Shown: positions 46,488 through 55,529, numbered from the stretch's first letter. The stretch is 64,000 nt of DNA from an uncultured Candidatus Saccharibacteria bacterium (GCA_964448075.1 CAYUUR010000001.1:129785-193784), one strand, 5' to 3'. The notes: generated from the sequence alone by a model not told the origin. Numbers and translations: made by a program.

Positions 46488-46962
46488 CGCAGAGGGCGTA
46501 GTCGATCAGGTTTACTGGTAGGTAGAGCGGGCGGCGGACGGGTCTGTCATGCGGCAGGTAGTAGTCAAATGACATTTCTGACATGCCGTCTTCTGCAGAC
46601 AGCTCAACTTCTGCGGGTGGGTCAAGCACATCTGCTCCGGTAAGCATCCATGATAATGAGCCGTTTTGGCCAAAGGCAACATACTGTGCGCGGCCAAGGT
46701 TGCCCCGCAAACGCAGGGCGCCAAACTGTAGATATGGCCAGATTGCCTCGTCTGTCGACATGCCGTCGCGCATCATCAGTGCTGCTTCTGAGCCAACAAT
46801 CACCTTTGTGGCACCCCGAAAGTCATGCTGGCCAGCCAATGCATCACATGCCAGCTGCGCAGCAACTAACCGCGCCTGTGGGTCCGCCTCTGCATCAATA
46901 ACCTCTTGCCACCCCTGACAAGTCTCCAGAAAATTAGTAGCTACAAATAGTCCCTCTGCCAT
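46480..46962 (-). CDS. Hypothetical protein (160 aa)
   Basis: ORF with AGGAGGAAGAT upstream of the ATG. No recognisable motif. Confidence 0.5.
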   Translation of the reverse strand: MAEGLFVATNFLETCQGWQEVIDAEADPQARLVAAQLACDALAGQHDFRGATKVIVGSEAALMMRDGMSTDEAIWPYLQFGALRLRGNLGRAQYVAFGQNGSLSWMLTGADVLDPPAEVELSAEDGMSEMSFDYYLPHDRPVRRPLYLPVNLIDYALCAN

Positions 46963-47020
46963 ATCTTCCTCCTAATGCAAACTATTCTACTCCGCAAGTC
47001 AAAACTTAGCCAATAATCCG

Positions 47021-47953
47021 TTACAGGTTTGGATTGGGCGGGCCGTAGATAGTCGCAATCTCGGCTTGTTCTAAAACTTCTGCGAGGAACTGGATGTCTT
47101 GTTTGAACGGCGCAGTGAACAGTTCCAGGAACATGATCATTTCATCGGCGATATCGGCATCAGGGTTCAGCTTGCCTTCGCTGTCAAAATGCTCAACGTC
47201 GATATAATTGAGGTCATCATCAATCCTCGCAACCTCTAACCTCACAGTACCATCTGGATAGATCAAGAACTCATACTGGTTGCGTTCTTTTACGCTTTCG
47301 ATATCAATCTCAAGCCATGGTTCGTCTTGCGCATTCATATCCTCATCGTTCAAGCGGACAAGTACATTACCCACCCAGTGCTGGTGCACTATCGACACAT
47401 CGCGAACAGCAAAAGCCTTCACATCTTTTTCATCAACTGCAACATCAACCAGATTCTGAGCCAACTGCCGAGCCTCATCAGGCGACATGCCGTGACGATC
47501 TACAAATTGATCAAACGAAATCTCTGCGTGCTTGTATAGCAAAACGCTTTGCAGATACCTCGTGGCGGTTCTTTCTGCGCTGTTGAGTAACCCTGAATCT
47601 AAAGCTGTATCAAGGCATGCGAAGACTGTTGCTGCATCTGCCTTGATAAGAATCTCACTGTTTGCAACGAGTTCAAGCTCACATATGAGCTCTTCTTCTG
47701 CATCAATCATACAAATGTATGGGCGTATTTTATCCTCGCCTGTGTGGTACCGATTGCCAAACTCTATGCATATATCACCATTAAGGTTAAACCCATAAGA
47801 CTTAGTTAGCTCGCATGGGCTACCACTCATCAGCGATTCAGCGGCTGCTTCAAGTCGCATATAGTCATCTTGGTCTGGTTCTACCATTTCTTCAGGGAAA
47901 AAGCCCTGTTTATACTCATAACCAAACTCCCAGCTTTCTCCAGATGTAGACAT
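47021..47953 (-). CDS. Hypothetical protein (310 aa, acidic)
   Basis: Long ORF with no recognisable motif. Confidence 0.5.
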   Translation of the reverse strand: MSTSGESWEFGYEYKQGFFPEEMVEPDQDDYMRLEAAAESLMSGSPCELTKSYGFNLNGDICIEFGNRYHTGEDKIRPYICMIDAEEELICELELVANSEILIKADAATVFACLDTALDSGLLNSAERTATRYLQSVLLYKHAEISFDQFVDRHGMSPDEARQLAQNLVDVAVDEKDVKAFAVRDVSIVHQHWVGNVLVRLNDEDMNAQDEPWLEIDIESVKERNQYEFLIYPDGTVRLEVARIDDDLNYIDVEHFDSEGKLNPDADIADEMIMFLELFTAPFKQDIQFLAEVLEQAEIATIYGPPNPNL

Positions 47954-48090
47954 ACCCTACATCATAGAACTACGCAGACTTTAATGCTACTTGTGCTTAC
48001 ATCTGTTCCCTCTGGCAAATTAGACAAGCTGGGCAATGTTGTTGCATTTAATGGTACTGTGTTAAATAATGTACCAAACGGAGGAATCAC

Positions 48091-48696
48091 ATGCCAGGTA
48101 TAGAACAGTTCCCAGCAGCAGAAGTAGTACTAACGGATGAGGAGCGGCTCATGGCTGCTTTTAGTAGCTTTGCGATTGCTAATACTGCGGAGGAAGAAAC
48201 GCGTGCACGAGTTACAAACTTGAGCATTCGAGCCGAGAATTTATCAGAAGAATTTCATGCGCATGAACCCGCACTAAAGCATCAAAATCGGCAGCAGTAT
48301 TTGTATGAGCTTGGTGGAGTTATGGATACAATATACACGCTAAAAAAGGCGCGGAGCGAAACGGACGAAACAACATCGGAAGCCCGTCGTAACATGATTA
48401 GGACTGCTCAAGAATTCCGTGGACGTAAACTACATGTCGTATCTCTTCTTCCAGAAGATAGCCGTCAACCAATCGGTGCGCTTGCTCGGACCCGTTATGA
48501 CTATACCGGACCCGTCATTATCGACGACCTGCGTGAAGCAGTTGGCAAAGTTGCACACCCAGCAGTAGACGGCAACAACCTTGATCTTGTGCCGCACAAA
48601 CCCAAGCGCGTGGGCATCAAACGTCTGACATCGCTTGCAGTTAGAATGGTAGGTCCAAATGGCCAACCACTTGTTAAGCTTGAATTCCTCGACTAG
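48091..48696 (+). CDS. Hypothetical protein (201 aa)
   Basis: GGAGGAATCAC precedes the ATG. No recognisable motif. Confidence 0.5.
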   Translation: MPGIEQFPAAEVVLTDEERLMAAFSSFAIANTAEEETRARVTNLSIRAENLSEEFHAHEPALKHQNRQQYLYELGGVMDTIYTLKKARSETDETTSEARRNMIRTAQEFRGRKLHVVSLLPEDSRQPIGALARTRYDYTGPVIIDDLREAVGKVAHPAVDGNNLDLVPHKPKRVGIKRLTSLAVRMVGPNGQPLVKLEFLD

Positions 48697-49688
48697 TCGT
48701 TAACCTCCCAGGCAAAATCGTGTCCAAAGTGCCCGTAACGAGCGGTTTGCTCGTACTGTGGCTTGCGGAGATCCAGCCACTTAATAATACCGTTTGGCGA
48801 TAAGTCGTAGCCGGTGACTGCTTCTTGGACGCCATCAATCGTTACTGTTGCTTCGAGCGGCTGATCATAGCCGATTGCGTATGCTAGGTGACAGAACACT
48901 TCCTTAGCCTTGCGCTTTTTTAGGTATTCCACGGCGATTCGGCGTGCCGCATATGCTGCAGAACGGTCGACTTTACTGGGGTCTTTGCCACTGAAACAGC
49001 CACCGCCAATGGGGATACGAGGGCCGTAGTTATCTACCACAAGTTTACGGCCTGTTAGACCCGTGTCGGCATCAAAGCCTCCCTGATCCCAGTCTCCGGT
49101 TGGGTTGATATGGAGTTGCGTAGATTGGAGACTGAAGACTGAGGATTGGAGACTAGAAGCCCAGGTGAGAACAGCTTTTTTGAGTTCGGATTGCTTGGCA
49201 TGCTGGAAGCTCGCCACCAAACTAACTATCCTGCCGTCGTGTAATGTCACTTGTGTTTTGCCATCATATGGCCACTTGGCATACAAATACTGATTGAGTT
49301 GACGACTCAGAACAACTTCTAGTGGCAACAGTTCTGGCGTTTCATCGCAAGCGTAGCCAACCATAATTCCTTGGTCACCCGCGCCACCAGTGTCGACACC
49401 CCGGGCGATTTCTGGACTCTGCGCTACTATACGAACTTCCACTTCATTGCCCGGTGCTAGCCGCTGAACAATTGGCTCTACTTTGATATTGCCATGCGAG
49501 GTCACTTCTCCAACTACAAATATCTTCCCGTGGCCGCCGACCGTCTCAACCGCTACGCGGGACGCAGGATCTTGCGCTAGATAGGCATCCAGTATGGCGT
49601 CTGATATTTGGTCACACAGTTTGTCTGGGTGCTGGGGTGAAACACTCTCCGCAGTGCGGTAATTGGTTTGATTTGATTTCGTCGACAT
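48693..49688 (-). CDS. metK: S-adenosylmethionine synthetase (compact, 331 aa)
   Basis: ESVSPQHPDKLCDQISDAILD, GAGDQGIMVGYA, INPTG..GGF.ADTGLTGRK and GGGCFSGKDPSKVDRSAAY motifs. It is preceded by a SAM riboswitch. Confidence 0.9.
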   Translation of the reverse strand: MSTKSNQTNYRTAESVSPQHPDKLCDQISDAILDAYLAQDPASRVAVETVGGHGKIFVVGEVTSHGNIKVEPIVQRLAPGNEVEVRIVAQSPEIARGVDTGGAGDQGIMVGYACDETPELLPLEVVLSRQLNQYLYAKWPYDGKTQVTLHDGRIVSLVASFQHAKQSELKKAVLTWASSLQSSVFSLQSTQLHINPTGDWDQGGFDADTGLTGRKLVVDNYGPRIPIGGGCFSGKDPSKVDRSAAYAARRIAVEYLKKRKAKEVFCHLAYAIGYDQPLEATVTIDGVQEAVTGYDLSPNGIIKWLDLRKPQYEQTARYGHFGHDFAWEVND

Positions 49689-49689
49689 G

Positions 49690-49855
49690 AAAAAACTCCT
49701 TTCTATCGACCCCGTGGCAGGTCAGAAAGGAGCGTGCTGCTCGGCTATCTTCCCCGCGTACGGGCTGAATGTTGCACCTTGCAGCTGGGCTGTAGGTTGC
49801 AGGTGGGTCGACGGGTCAGTTCCCTCGCCACACTCTGGATAGTTACATTGTTAAC
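49690..49855 (-). promoter_or_regulatory. SAM-I riboswitch (aptamer about 49745..49842) with terminator and SD-sequestering expression platform
   Basis: The minus-strand RNA reads CUAUCCAGAGUGUGGCGAGGGAACUGACCCGUCGACCCACCUGCAACC...AAGGUGCAACAUUCAGCCCGUACGCGGGGAAGAUAG. P1 pairs CUAUC with GAUAG. The P2-loop CUGA can pair with UCAG in J3/4. CUCCUUUCU (49732-49724) then pairs with AGAAAGGAG (49704-49696), followed by U6 and AUG. The -10 box TGcTATACT is at 49870-49862. Confidence 0.8.
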
Positions 49856-49900
49856 TTGCCTAGTATAGCAACACATTCACATTACGCAAACACACTTAGA

Positions 49901-50179
49901 CTAGCCTTCGATCTCTCGGCGCTGACTCAACTCGTTTCTACGCATACTGTTTACTTCAACCGCCAGGCCTGCCCTTAATGCAACGTATGTTGAGGCAGCT
50001 GCCGTTATTAAAGTTGCAGCTTGGTGTTCGTTCAAGGCGCTCCACACGGCAGTAAGCCCGAGCCCGGAACTGACCAACAAACCTGCTGGTATGGCCCATT
50101 CATTGCGACGCATATGCCGCTCCATCTCTTCTGTCGGCTCTTGTGCAATATGCTGCTCCCAATACTCTTTGTTTCTCAT
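49901..50179 (-). CDS. Small membrane protein (92 aa)
   Basis: ORF with two hydrophobic helices. Confidence 0.4.
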   Translation of the reverse strand: MRNKEYWEQHIAQEPTEEMERHMRRNEWAIPAGLLVSSGLGLTAVWSALNEHQAATLITAAASTYVALRAGLAVEVNSMRRNELSQRREIEG

Positions 50180-50274
50180 GTTTTCAATTATAGAACGCTC
50201 TTATCCGTTGTAAATAGTCGTTGATAACTCGTGGTTCTTGCCATTGCGCACATGCTATACTGGCTGTAACAACT

Positions 50275-51513
50275 ATGGAACCAGCAATCACTCCACCACA
50301 AAACAATCAGCCTCAAAATAATCCACCGGCGACTCCACCTACTGATACTGCCGGCAACGACACCTATGTTATAGCAATATCCGAGTTTGGATTCTTCGGC
50401 AAAGGTGCCTTTGCAAATAAACTCACTGATAAACCTGTAGCTCTCGTACTCTTCGCTTCTGGTAAAATTATCGCCATTAATGGTCACGGTGAAGTCACAG
50501 AAGAGTTTAAGGCAAGTTCGGTAGCGATGGCTGAAAACAAAGGACTGTTACAAGTCGCTGGTAACAAATTAACCGTTGATGGCCAGCCAAGGGTGTTTGT
50601 GAACGATGCGTTCATGCGCAGCGCAAAGGATGCAAAAAAAATACTCGCCGAAAAACACCCCGAATACCAGTTCTCTGCAGTATGCGAGGCCGGTCTAGTA
50701 TTCTTTAGTTTTGTAGAGGGGTTTAATCAAGACCCTGTCGGATCTGTTGCAGGAGTCATGAAAATCAAACCCGAGGATTTAACGCCCGACAAAGCAAATC
50801 CTGGGTCGATTTACAAAGATACAGGAATAGACGTGTCTATTTTTGGTATGTTATTTTCACCAGAAAAAAAGGGTCGCGCCATCGCCATGGCGATTGTAGG
50901 CATACCGATACTGCTCTTAATGAGCCTTCTATTCTACACTGGCATTAAAGATATCGAGAATCTTTCTAATAAAAAGGCATACAGCCTCCAAGTGAAGAGT
51001 GCCCGAGTTGATAGTGGCTTTCGTTCGTCAACAAACCTGCTTATCTATACCGCCGTACCAGCGGGTGTGCTCTGCGAAAACATAGTGGTACAAACGCCGC
51101 TGAAAGTATATCCAGACGAAGCCTCCCGACCCAAACCCGGTGATAATTTGCGTGTGTACATCGACCCAAAAGCTGAGTGCTCGAGTAACGGCTTATATAT
51201 GACTGGTTACACTGAAAAGACGGCAACAGAAAACGCTATGGACAGCCTTGTGAATGTCATGCTGACTGGGTCGAGCTTATTTGGCGCCGGCATCCTACTA
51301 CTTGGAGCATTCTATGCAACAAACAAACAAGTTCGAGAGTTCTACCTATCACACGCAATTATTGGCAAGATTATAGCAATCCTCTTCTTTGGCTGGATAC
51401 TTGCTGGGTATGGCTTACGTGTCTTTGATTTGAGTTCTCTTGGCTTATCAGTGTTTATACTCCCGGTAATTCTGGCTGTAATAGTCTACTTTGTATCGCG
51501 TCGCAAGGGTTAA
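50275..51513 (+). CDS. Membrane protein with N-terminal soluble domain, function unknown
   Basis: The start is set at MEPAITPP. It has a Pro/Asn/Gln-rich N-terminus and TM helices in the middle and at the C-terminus. Confidence 0.5.
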   Translation: MEPAITPPQNNQPQNNPPATPPTDTAGNDTYVIAISEFGFFGKGAFANKLTDKPVALVLFASGKIIAINGHGEVTEEFKASSVAMAENKGLLQVAGNKLTVDGQPRVFVNDAFMRSAKDAKKILAEKHPEYQFSAVCEAGLVFFSFVEGFNQDPVGSVAGVMKIKPEDLTPDKANPGSIYKDTGIDVSIFGMLFSPEKKGRAIAMAIVGIPILLLMSLLFYTGIKDIENLSNKKAYSLQVKSARVDSGFRSSTNLLIYTAVPAGVLCENIVVQTPLKVYPDEASRPKPGDNLRVYIDPKAECSSNGLYMTGYTEKTATENAMDSLVNVMLTGSSLFGAGILLLGAFYATNKQVREFYLSHAIIGKIIAILFFGWILAGYGLRVFDLSSLGLSVFILPVILAVIVYFVSRRKG

Positions 51514-51552
51514 CCGCGCAGACACTTCGCCTTTTCTGTTCTGAGCGCCTAG

Positions 51553-52470
51553 TTAGAGCGTTACGTCAGCTTGTTTGGCAGGGATACTACCGCCTGTGCC
51601 ACCGATAACTTTTGCCTCACCACGCGTGTATCGCAATGATGCAGTTTTGGCTTGGTCGTTCGTGACATAGAAGAAGAGCCAGCCAGTTGCAGACTTGCCT
51701 CGAGCAGGCGTTTCAAACACTGCGAGTTTTTCTTTGGCTACATAATCTTGGAATGGAATGTCACTCTCTGATGTTGTTTTGCTGCCCGTAATGAGTTTGA
51801 AGTTACTGCTAGAAACAGTAGAGCCATATTTGTCACCCGCTGTCACTGTTACTTCAACCGCAAAACTAGTTTGTGATTTGTCTAGTGCGCTCAGGTCTGC
51901 GTTAAACGGAACGTTGCGGCGTACTTTGTTTACCTTGATTGTTGTGCCGAGCGCTTCGTCCGTAATCGTTTCGTTGATGGCCTTTTCGCTTAACTCTGTC
52001 GTTGCTGCGTCGCTCGCAGTAGCACTTGGCGTCGTTTCAGTTGCTAGCTCGTCAGTTGTTGAGAGTGCCGCATCACTAGCCGTTGATTGATCGGCAGCTT
52101 TTTTGTCTGATCGATCAAATAAGAAGAATCCCCCACTCATAGAAAAGACCAAAACGACCAAAAGAACAGCCAGAGAGATTGCTAGCCCTTTGCGTGAATT
52201 CTTTGCCTGAGCTGCTGGCATTGGATCAGTTGGCGGCGTATACGCGTTGACCGTGGGCTGGGGTGGTGCGACCGTTTGAACAGGCTCTTGTACAGGCACT
52301 ACAGGTTGTGCCATGGGCTGCGGTATTGTTTGTGGTGCGGGTGGCTGAACAGGTTGGGGTGCAGGCGGCTGCGTAACTTCTTGTGCTGGCATTGGCGGTG
52401 TTGGCTGTGTTGGCTGGATAATATTTGGGTCAGTTGGTTGAGCTGGCTGAAGGGGATCTTGTGGTTGCAT
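51553..52470 (-). CDS. Pro/Gln-rich membrane-anchored protein with DUF4352-like extracellular beta domain
   Basis: Roughly 90-aa PQ-rich N-terminus, one TM helix, and a C-terminal segment (TIKVNKV...FAVEVTVTAG...SATGWLFFYV) resembling DUF4352. Confidence 0.5.
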   Translation of the reverse strand: MQPQDPLQPAQPTDPNIIQPTQPTPPMPAQEVTQPPAPQPVQPPAPQTIPQPMAQPVVPVQEPVQTVAPPQPTVNAYTPPTDPMPAAQAKNSRKGLAISLAVLLVVLVFSMSGGFFLFDRSDKKAADQSTASDAALSTTDELATETTPSATASDAATTELSEKAINETITDEALGTTIKVNKVRRNVPFNADLSALDKSQTSFAVEVTVTAGDKYGSTVSSSNFKLITGSKTTSESDIPFQDYVAKEKLAVFETPARGKSATGWLFFYVTNDQAKTASLRYTRGEAKVIGGTGGSIPAKQADVTL

Positions 52471-52602
52471 TACGCTACTTTCTTTACTGTTGCTATGAGC
52501 ATGAGTATAGCTGTTTTTCTATACCCTGCCAATAAGCATAAACGTCGTTCAGCTATTACTGTCTATACGCAACTGAGCACGCCCCGATGCTGACTTACCG
52601 CC

Positions 52603-53103
52603 CTATACTTCAGCTAAACCTATCACATAGTTTTTGCCGTAGTGCTTGGCACACTTAGGGCAGGCTGTGTAGAAAAAGTAGGTTTCTTTTGGTTCGCGTC
52701 CGGACTTTTTGACATAGCTCGTCAGATCCTCATGCCATTGCTTGGCATTCTGGAATGGTCCTTCGTAGACCTTTGTCATAAACGTGCCGTCGAGAGTGAC
52801 ATTATCGGCGTCCGGGATCTCTTTGCTCACAGCGTAGAGCTGTTCGGCTTTCCATGGCGAGAGTTCCCGGCTCAGGATCATGGCTTCTTGCGGCGGCATT
52901 TCAACCCCGGCTGTTTCTGCTGCGGATTGCAGTGCCGTCATCACCATAGACATATTGAGCGGCACATGGAATAAACTTCGGGTGTACATCCGTATAAACG
53001 GCTTATCCTCAAACGTTACTTCTTGCTCATCCCAAGCCGATACATTGGGTACTGCACAGCAGCCAGTTTCGTTTTTGTCAGTGTATGTGAGTGGTACATT
53101 CAT
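52603..53103 (-). CDS. Conserved hypothetical Cys-containing protein (166 aa)
   Basis: The start is at MNVPLTY, with AGGAGGACGT upstream. A CC pair lies near the N-terminus and CPKC near the C-terminus. Confidence 0.5.
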   Translation of the reverse strand: MNVPLTYTDKNETGCCAVPNVSAWDEQEVTFEDKPFIRMYTRSLFHVPLNMSMVMTALQSAAETAGVEMPPQEAMILSRELSPWKAEQLYAVSKEIPDADNVTLDGTFMTKVYEGPFQNAKQWHEDLTSYVKKSGREPKETYFFYTACPKCAKHYGKNYVIGLAEV

Positions 53104-53205
53104 ACGTCCTCCTATACTTATATTATACGCCTGTGTAACAACCAAACACAGGCGAGCAGCAATAGTCTTCACCCCGATCTTTTGGAGGTTTGAAACCACT
53201 CAGAG

Positions 53206-53245
53206 CCAAAGAAAATGACCCACATATGTGAGTCATTTTCTTTGG
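53206..53245 (-). terminator. Long hairpin overlapping the tRNA-Gln CCA end
   Basis: CCAAAGAAAATGAC-N12-GTCATTTTCTTTGG forms a perfect 14-bp stem. The upstream arm on the minus strand begins at the encoded CCA. Confidence 0.5.
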
Positions 53246-53316
53246 CTGGGATGGAGGGATTCGAACCCCCGATCACGGGACCAGAACCCGGTGCCTTACC
53301 ACTTGGCCACATCCCA
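53243..53316 (-). tRNA. tRNA-Gln (anticodon CUG), CCA encoded
   Basis: I folded the cloverleaf by hand. Acceptor UGGGAUG/CAUCCCA with U1-A72, D-arm GCC..GGC, anticodon stem CCGGG/CCCG(U) with loop UUCUGGU, T-arm GGGGG-UUCGAAU-CCCUC, discriminator G, then CCA. Confidence 0.9.
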
Positions 53317-53445
53317 ATAATTTAACCTGATTATAAAAGAACGACGGGGTTCGATTCGAGTCACGTTCCGCGACCCCGCCACTTCATCTTAGCAAACAAG
53401 TTCGCTAGAGAAGATGGCCTTGCGAAATGCCACTGGCATTTCTCA

Positions 53446-53497
53446 CCCCGATCACGGGACCAGAACCCGGTGCCTTACCACTTGGCCACATCCCAAT
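53446..53497 (-). pseudogene. 5' fragment of tRNA-Gln (exact 52-nt direct repeat of 53267..53318)
   Basis: Identical to tRNA positions 1 to about 50 plus 2 upstream nt. The T-arm 3' half and the acceptor 3' strand are replaced by unrelated sequence, so no cloverleaf is possible. Confidence 0.75.
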
Positions 53498-53500
53498 GAT

Positions 53501-53539
53501 GCAAAATAACAGAGAGGATTGTACCAAACAATCCTCTCT
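53501..53539 (-). terminator. Intrinsic terminator of hsp20
   Basis: AGAGAGGATTGT-ACCAA-ACAATCCTCTCT forms a perfect 12-bp stem, followed on the minus strand by GUUAUUUUG. Confidence 0.6.
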
Positions 53540-53556
53540 TAGTCCACAGTACTCCG

Positions 53557-53985
53557 TTATTTACTCTTGGAGCTAATGGCTATCTTCTTTGGTTCCGGCA
53601 GCGCTTTAAATGGTACCGTAACAGCCAGCACACCATCTTTCATCTGCGCAGAGATGCTGTCTTCATCAGCTTGCTCTGGCAAACGAATACGGCGGTAAAA
53701 GCTGCTGCTGCTTTCACGCACTACATACTTACGTTTTTTGTCTTCTTCTTTTTCGTACTTTTCTGCCTGGATAACCAGTGCACCCTTATCAACACTTATG
53801 TTTATATCTTTTTGGTCAAAATTGGGCAGGTGCGCCTCAATCTTCATGGTGTTGTCTTCTGTGTACACATCTGTAGTTGGCGTGAGCAGCTTCATTGACG
53901 AAGGCGTAAACCAGTCATCGCCAAAGAATTGTTTTTGTAGATTTCTGATCTCATCAAATGGATCAAAACGAGTTAAGTGGTTCAT
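53557..53985 (-). CDS. Hsp20/alpha-crystallin family small heat-shock protein
   Basis: Alpha-crystallin domain pattern (TDVYTEDN..IEAHLP...I.I......L.I.AE...E......Y..RE...G.F.R...LP........I.A....GVL.VTVPF). AGGAGGTGAT lies upstream. Confidence 0.9.
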   Translation of the reverse strand: MNHLTRFDPFDEIRNLQKQFFGDDWFTPSSMKLLTPTTDVYTEDNTMKIEAHLPNFDQKDINISVDKGALVIQAEKYEKEEDKKRKYVVRESSSSFYRRIRLPEQADEDSISAQMKDGVLAVTVPFKALPEPKKIAISSKSK

Positions 53986-54050
53986 ATCACCTCCTATCTA
54001 ATTAGTTGAAGTGTTATGAGGGAGACCCCTCTACAATGATTGTACAAAAA

Positions 54051-54077
54051 TTGGCACTCTCGTGTCAAGAGTGCCAA
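54051..54077. promoter_or_regulatory. CIRCE operator (HrcA-binding inverted repeat) overlapping the hsp20 promoter
   Basis: TTGGCACTC-N9-GAGTGCCAA, compared with the consensus TTAGCACTC-N9-GAGTGCTAA. On the minus strand the spacer supplies TTGACA, with TACAAT 18 nt downstream. Confidence 0.8.
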
Positions 54078-54101
54078 TTACGCTCGTGCTATAATCTGTT
54101 A

Positions 54102-54320
54102 ATGGAAAACTTTCAACCAGGAGATTCGGTGGCGTGGCGATGGGCAAATGGGGTTGCAGAGGGTACAGTTATCTCGGTTAACTCAGAACGGACGGAGATT
54201 GAGAGCAAAGGCAAGCGTATCGTAAGGAACGGCACGGCCGAGAACCCGGCGGTTATTATTAAGCACTCCTCTGGCACACAAGTACTAAAACGAGCGAGTG
54301 AACTGCAAAAAACCAGCTAA
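54102..54320 (+). CDS. Small SH3/Tudor-like protein (DUF2945-like)
   Basis: The start is at MENFQPGD, 6 nt after TGcTATAAT. GDSVAWRWANGVAEGTV resembles the DUF2945 pattern (recalled from memory). Confidence 0.45.
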   Translation: MENFQPGDSVAWRWANGVAEGTVISVNSERTEIESKGKRIVRNGTAENPAVIIKHSSGTQVLKRASELQKTS

Positions 54321-55489
54321 AACACATCAAGGTCTGCGAGTTCTGGGGGTAGAAAGCCCTCTGGGTGCTCAAAGCCGGCTTCCCATTTGGTTCCTTTCTG
54401 ATAGCCAAGATCCTTCATGAGCTGGGTTGGCGCGTTACGCAAGTGCAGTGGCACCGGCAAATCAGGATGTTCTTTGGCAGCACGTTGCGCGCCGTACATA
54501 GCATCGGACACCACGCGCGACTTTTCGCATTTGGCCAGCACCGTTGCACAGTGGAACAGATTATACTGACACTCTGGCATGCCGATTCGCTCAACTGCTT
54601 GAAAGGTTGCAACCGCTAAGTTCAGAGCCGGCGACGCAGCAATACCAACGTCTTCTGATGCAAAGATCACCATGCGCCGAGCGAGAAACTTGGGGTCTTC
54701 ACCAGCCTGCAACATCCTTGCGAGGTAATACAGCGTAGCATTGGCGTCACTGCCCCGCATTGATTTAATAAACGCACTTATGATGTTGTAGTGGGTCTCA
54801 CCATTTTTGTCATAGCCTGGCACGCGCTTCTGGGCAGCTGTCTCCACAACTTGCGTAGTAACGGTTTTCTTGGTGAGCTGCAACGCCAGCTCTAGGTTGC
54901 CCAACGCTACCCGTGCATCACCACCAGATAGCTCAGCCAATAGTTCAATACTCTTAGCGGGCAATCGTTCTGCACTGAGTTTTTCTGCCTTAGCAGTTTT
55001 CTTGAGAATCTTGACGATGTCTTTTTTACCCAGAGGCTCAAGTACCAACACACGACTGCGCGAAAGCAATGGTGTAATGACTTCAAAGCTGGGGTTTTCT
55101 GTAGTGGCGCCAATGAGCACAATCGTGCCATTTTCTACATGTGGCAAAAAGGCGTCTTGCTGGGCTTTGTTGAAACGATGAATCTCATCGACAAACAGAA
55201 TCGTCTGCATACCCAGGCGCTTATTGCCCTTGGCGTGTTCAATAACCTTTGTGACATCGGCCTTGCCGCTCGTGACAGCACTCAGTTCTATAAACTCCGC
55301 TTCTACTTCATTTGCAATAATCCGCGCCAAGGTTGTTTTGCCACTGCCCGGTGGCCCCCACAAGATCAGACTAACAGGTTGCTGTTTGGCAATAATCTCA
55401 CGGATAATCTGACCAGACTGTAGCAAGTGCTCCTGTCCGACCACATCCTTTAACCGTTCTGGTCTCATCCGCTCCGCTAATGGCTGCAT
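54317..55489 (-). CDS. rarA: Replication-associated recombination protein A (AAA+ ATPase)
   Basis: Walker [10 protein letters not shown], Walker [12 protein letters not shown], and the MgsA C-terminal region (YYLARML.AGEDP.F..RR). The start is at ATG 55489, 6 nt after TATAAT. Confidence 0.85.
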   Translation of the reverse strand: MQPLAERMRPERLKDVVGQEHLLQSGQIIREIIAKQQPVSLILWGPPGSGKTTLARIIANEVEAEFIELSAVTSGKADVTKVIEHAKGNKRLGMQTILFVDEIHRFNKAQQDAFLPHVENGTIVLIGATTENPSFEVITPLLSRSRVLVLEPLGKKDIVKILKKTAKAEKLSAERLPAKSIELLAELSGGDARVALGNLELALQLTKKTVTTQVVETAAQKRVPGYDKNGETHYNIISAFIKSMRGSDANATLYYLARMLQAGEDPKFLARRMVIFASEDVGIAASPALNLAVATFQAVERIGMPECQYNLFHCATVLAKCEKSRVVSDAMYGAQRAAKEHPDLPVPLHLRNAPTQLMKDLGYQKGTKWEAGFEHPEGFLPPELADLDVF

Positions 55490-55529
55490 GTTCATATTAT
55501 ATGTTGTGTGCATGGTATACACTAATACT

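Noticed and set aside
52276-52593. A 105-aa plus-strand ORF rich in Trp/Cys/Leu, and repetitive GGCTG-type DNA.
   Set aside because: It is antisense to the Pro/Gln-rich N-terminus of 51553..52470. The repetitiveness reflects PQ-rich low-complexity coding sequence, not a repeat element.
53340-53385. A possible second tRNA or tmRNA-like element on the plus strand (GGTTCGATTC T-loop-like string, ...CCCCGCCA end).
   Set aside because: I could not fold a cloverleaf. The flanks of the T-loop-like heptamer do not pair, and there is no D-arm or anticodon arm. I treat it as a degenerate fragment within the tRNA-Gln repeat scar.
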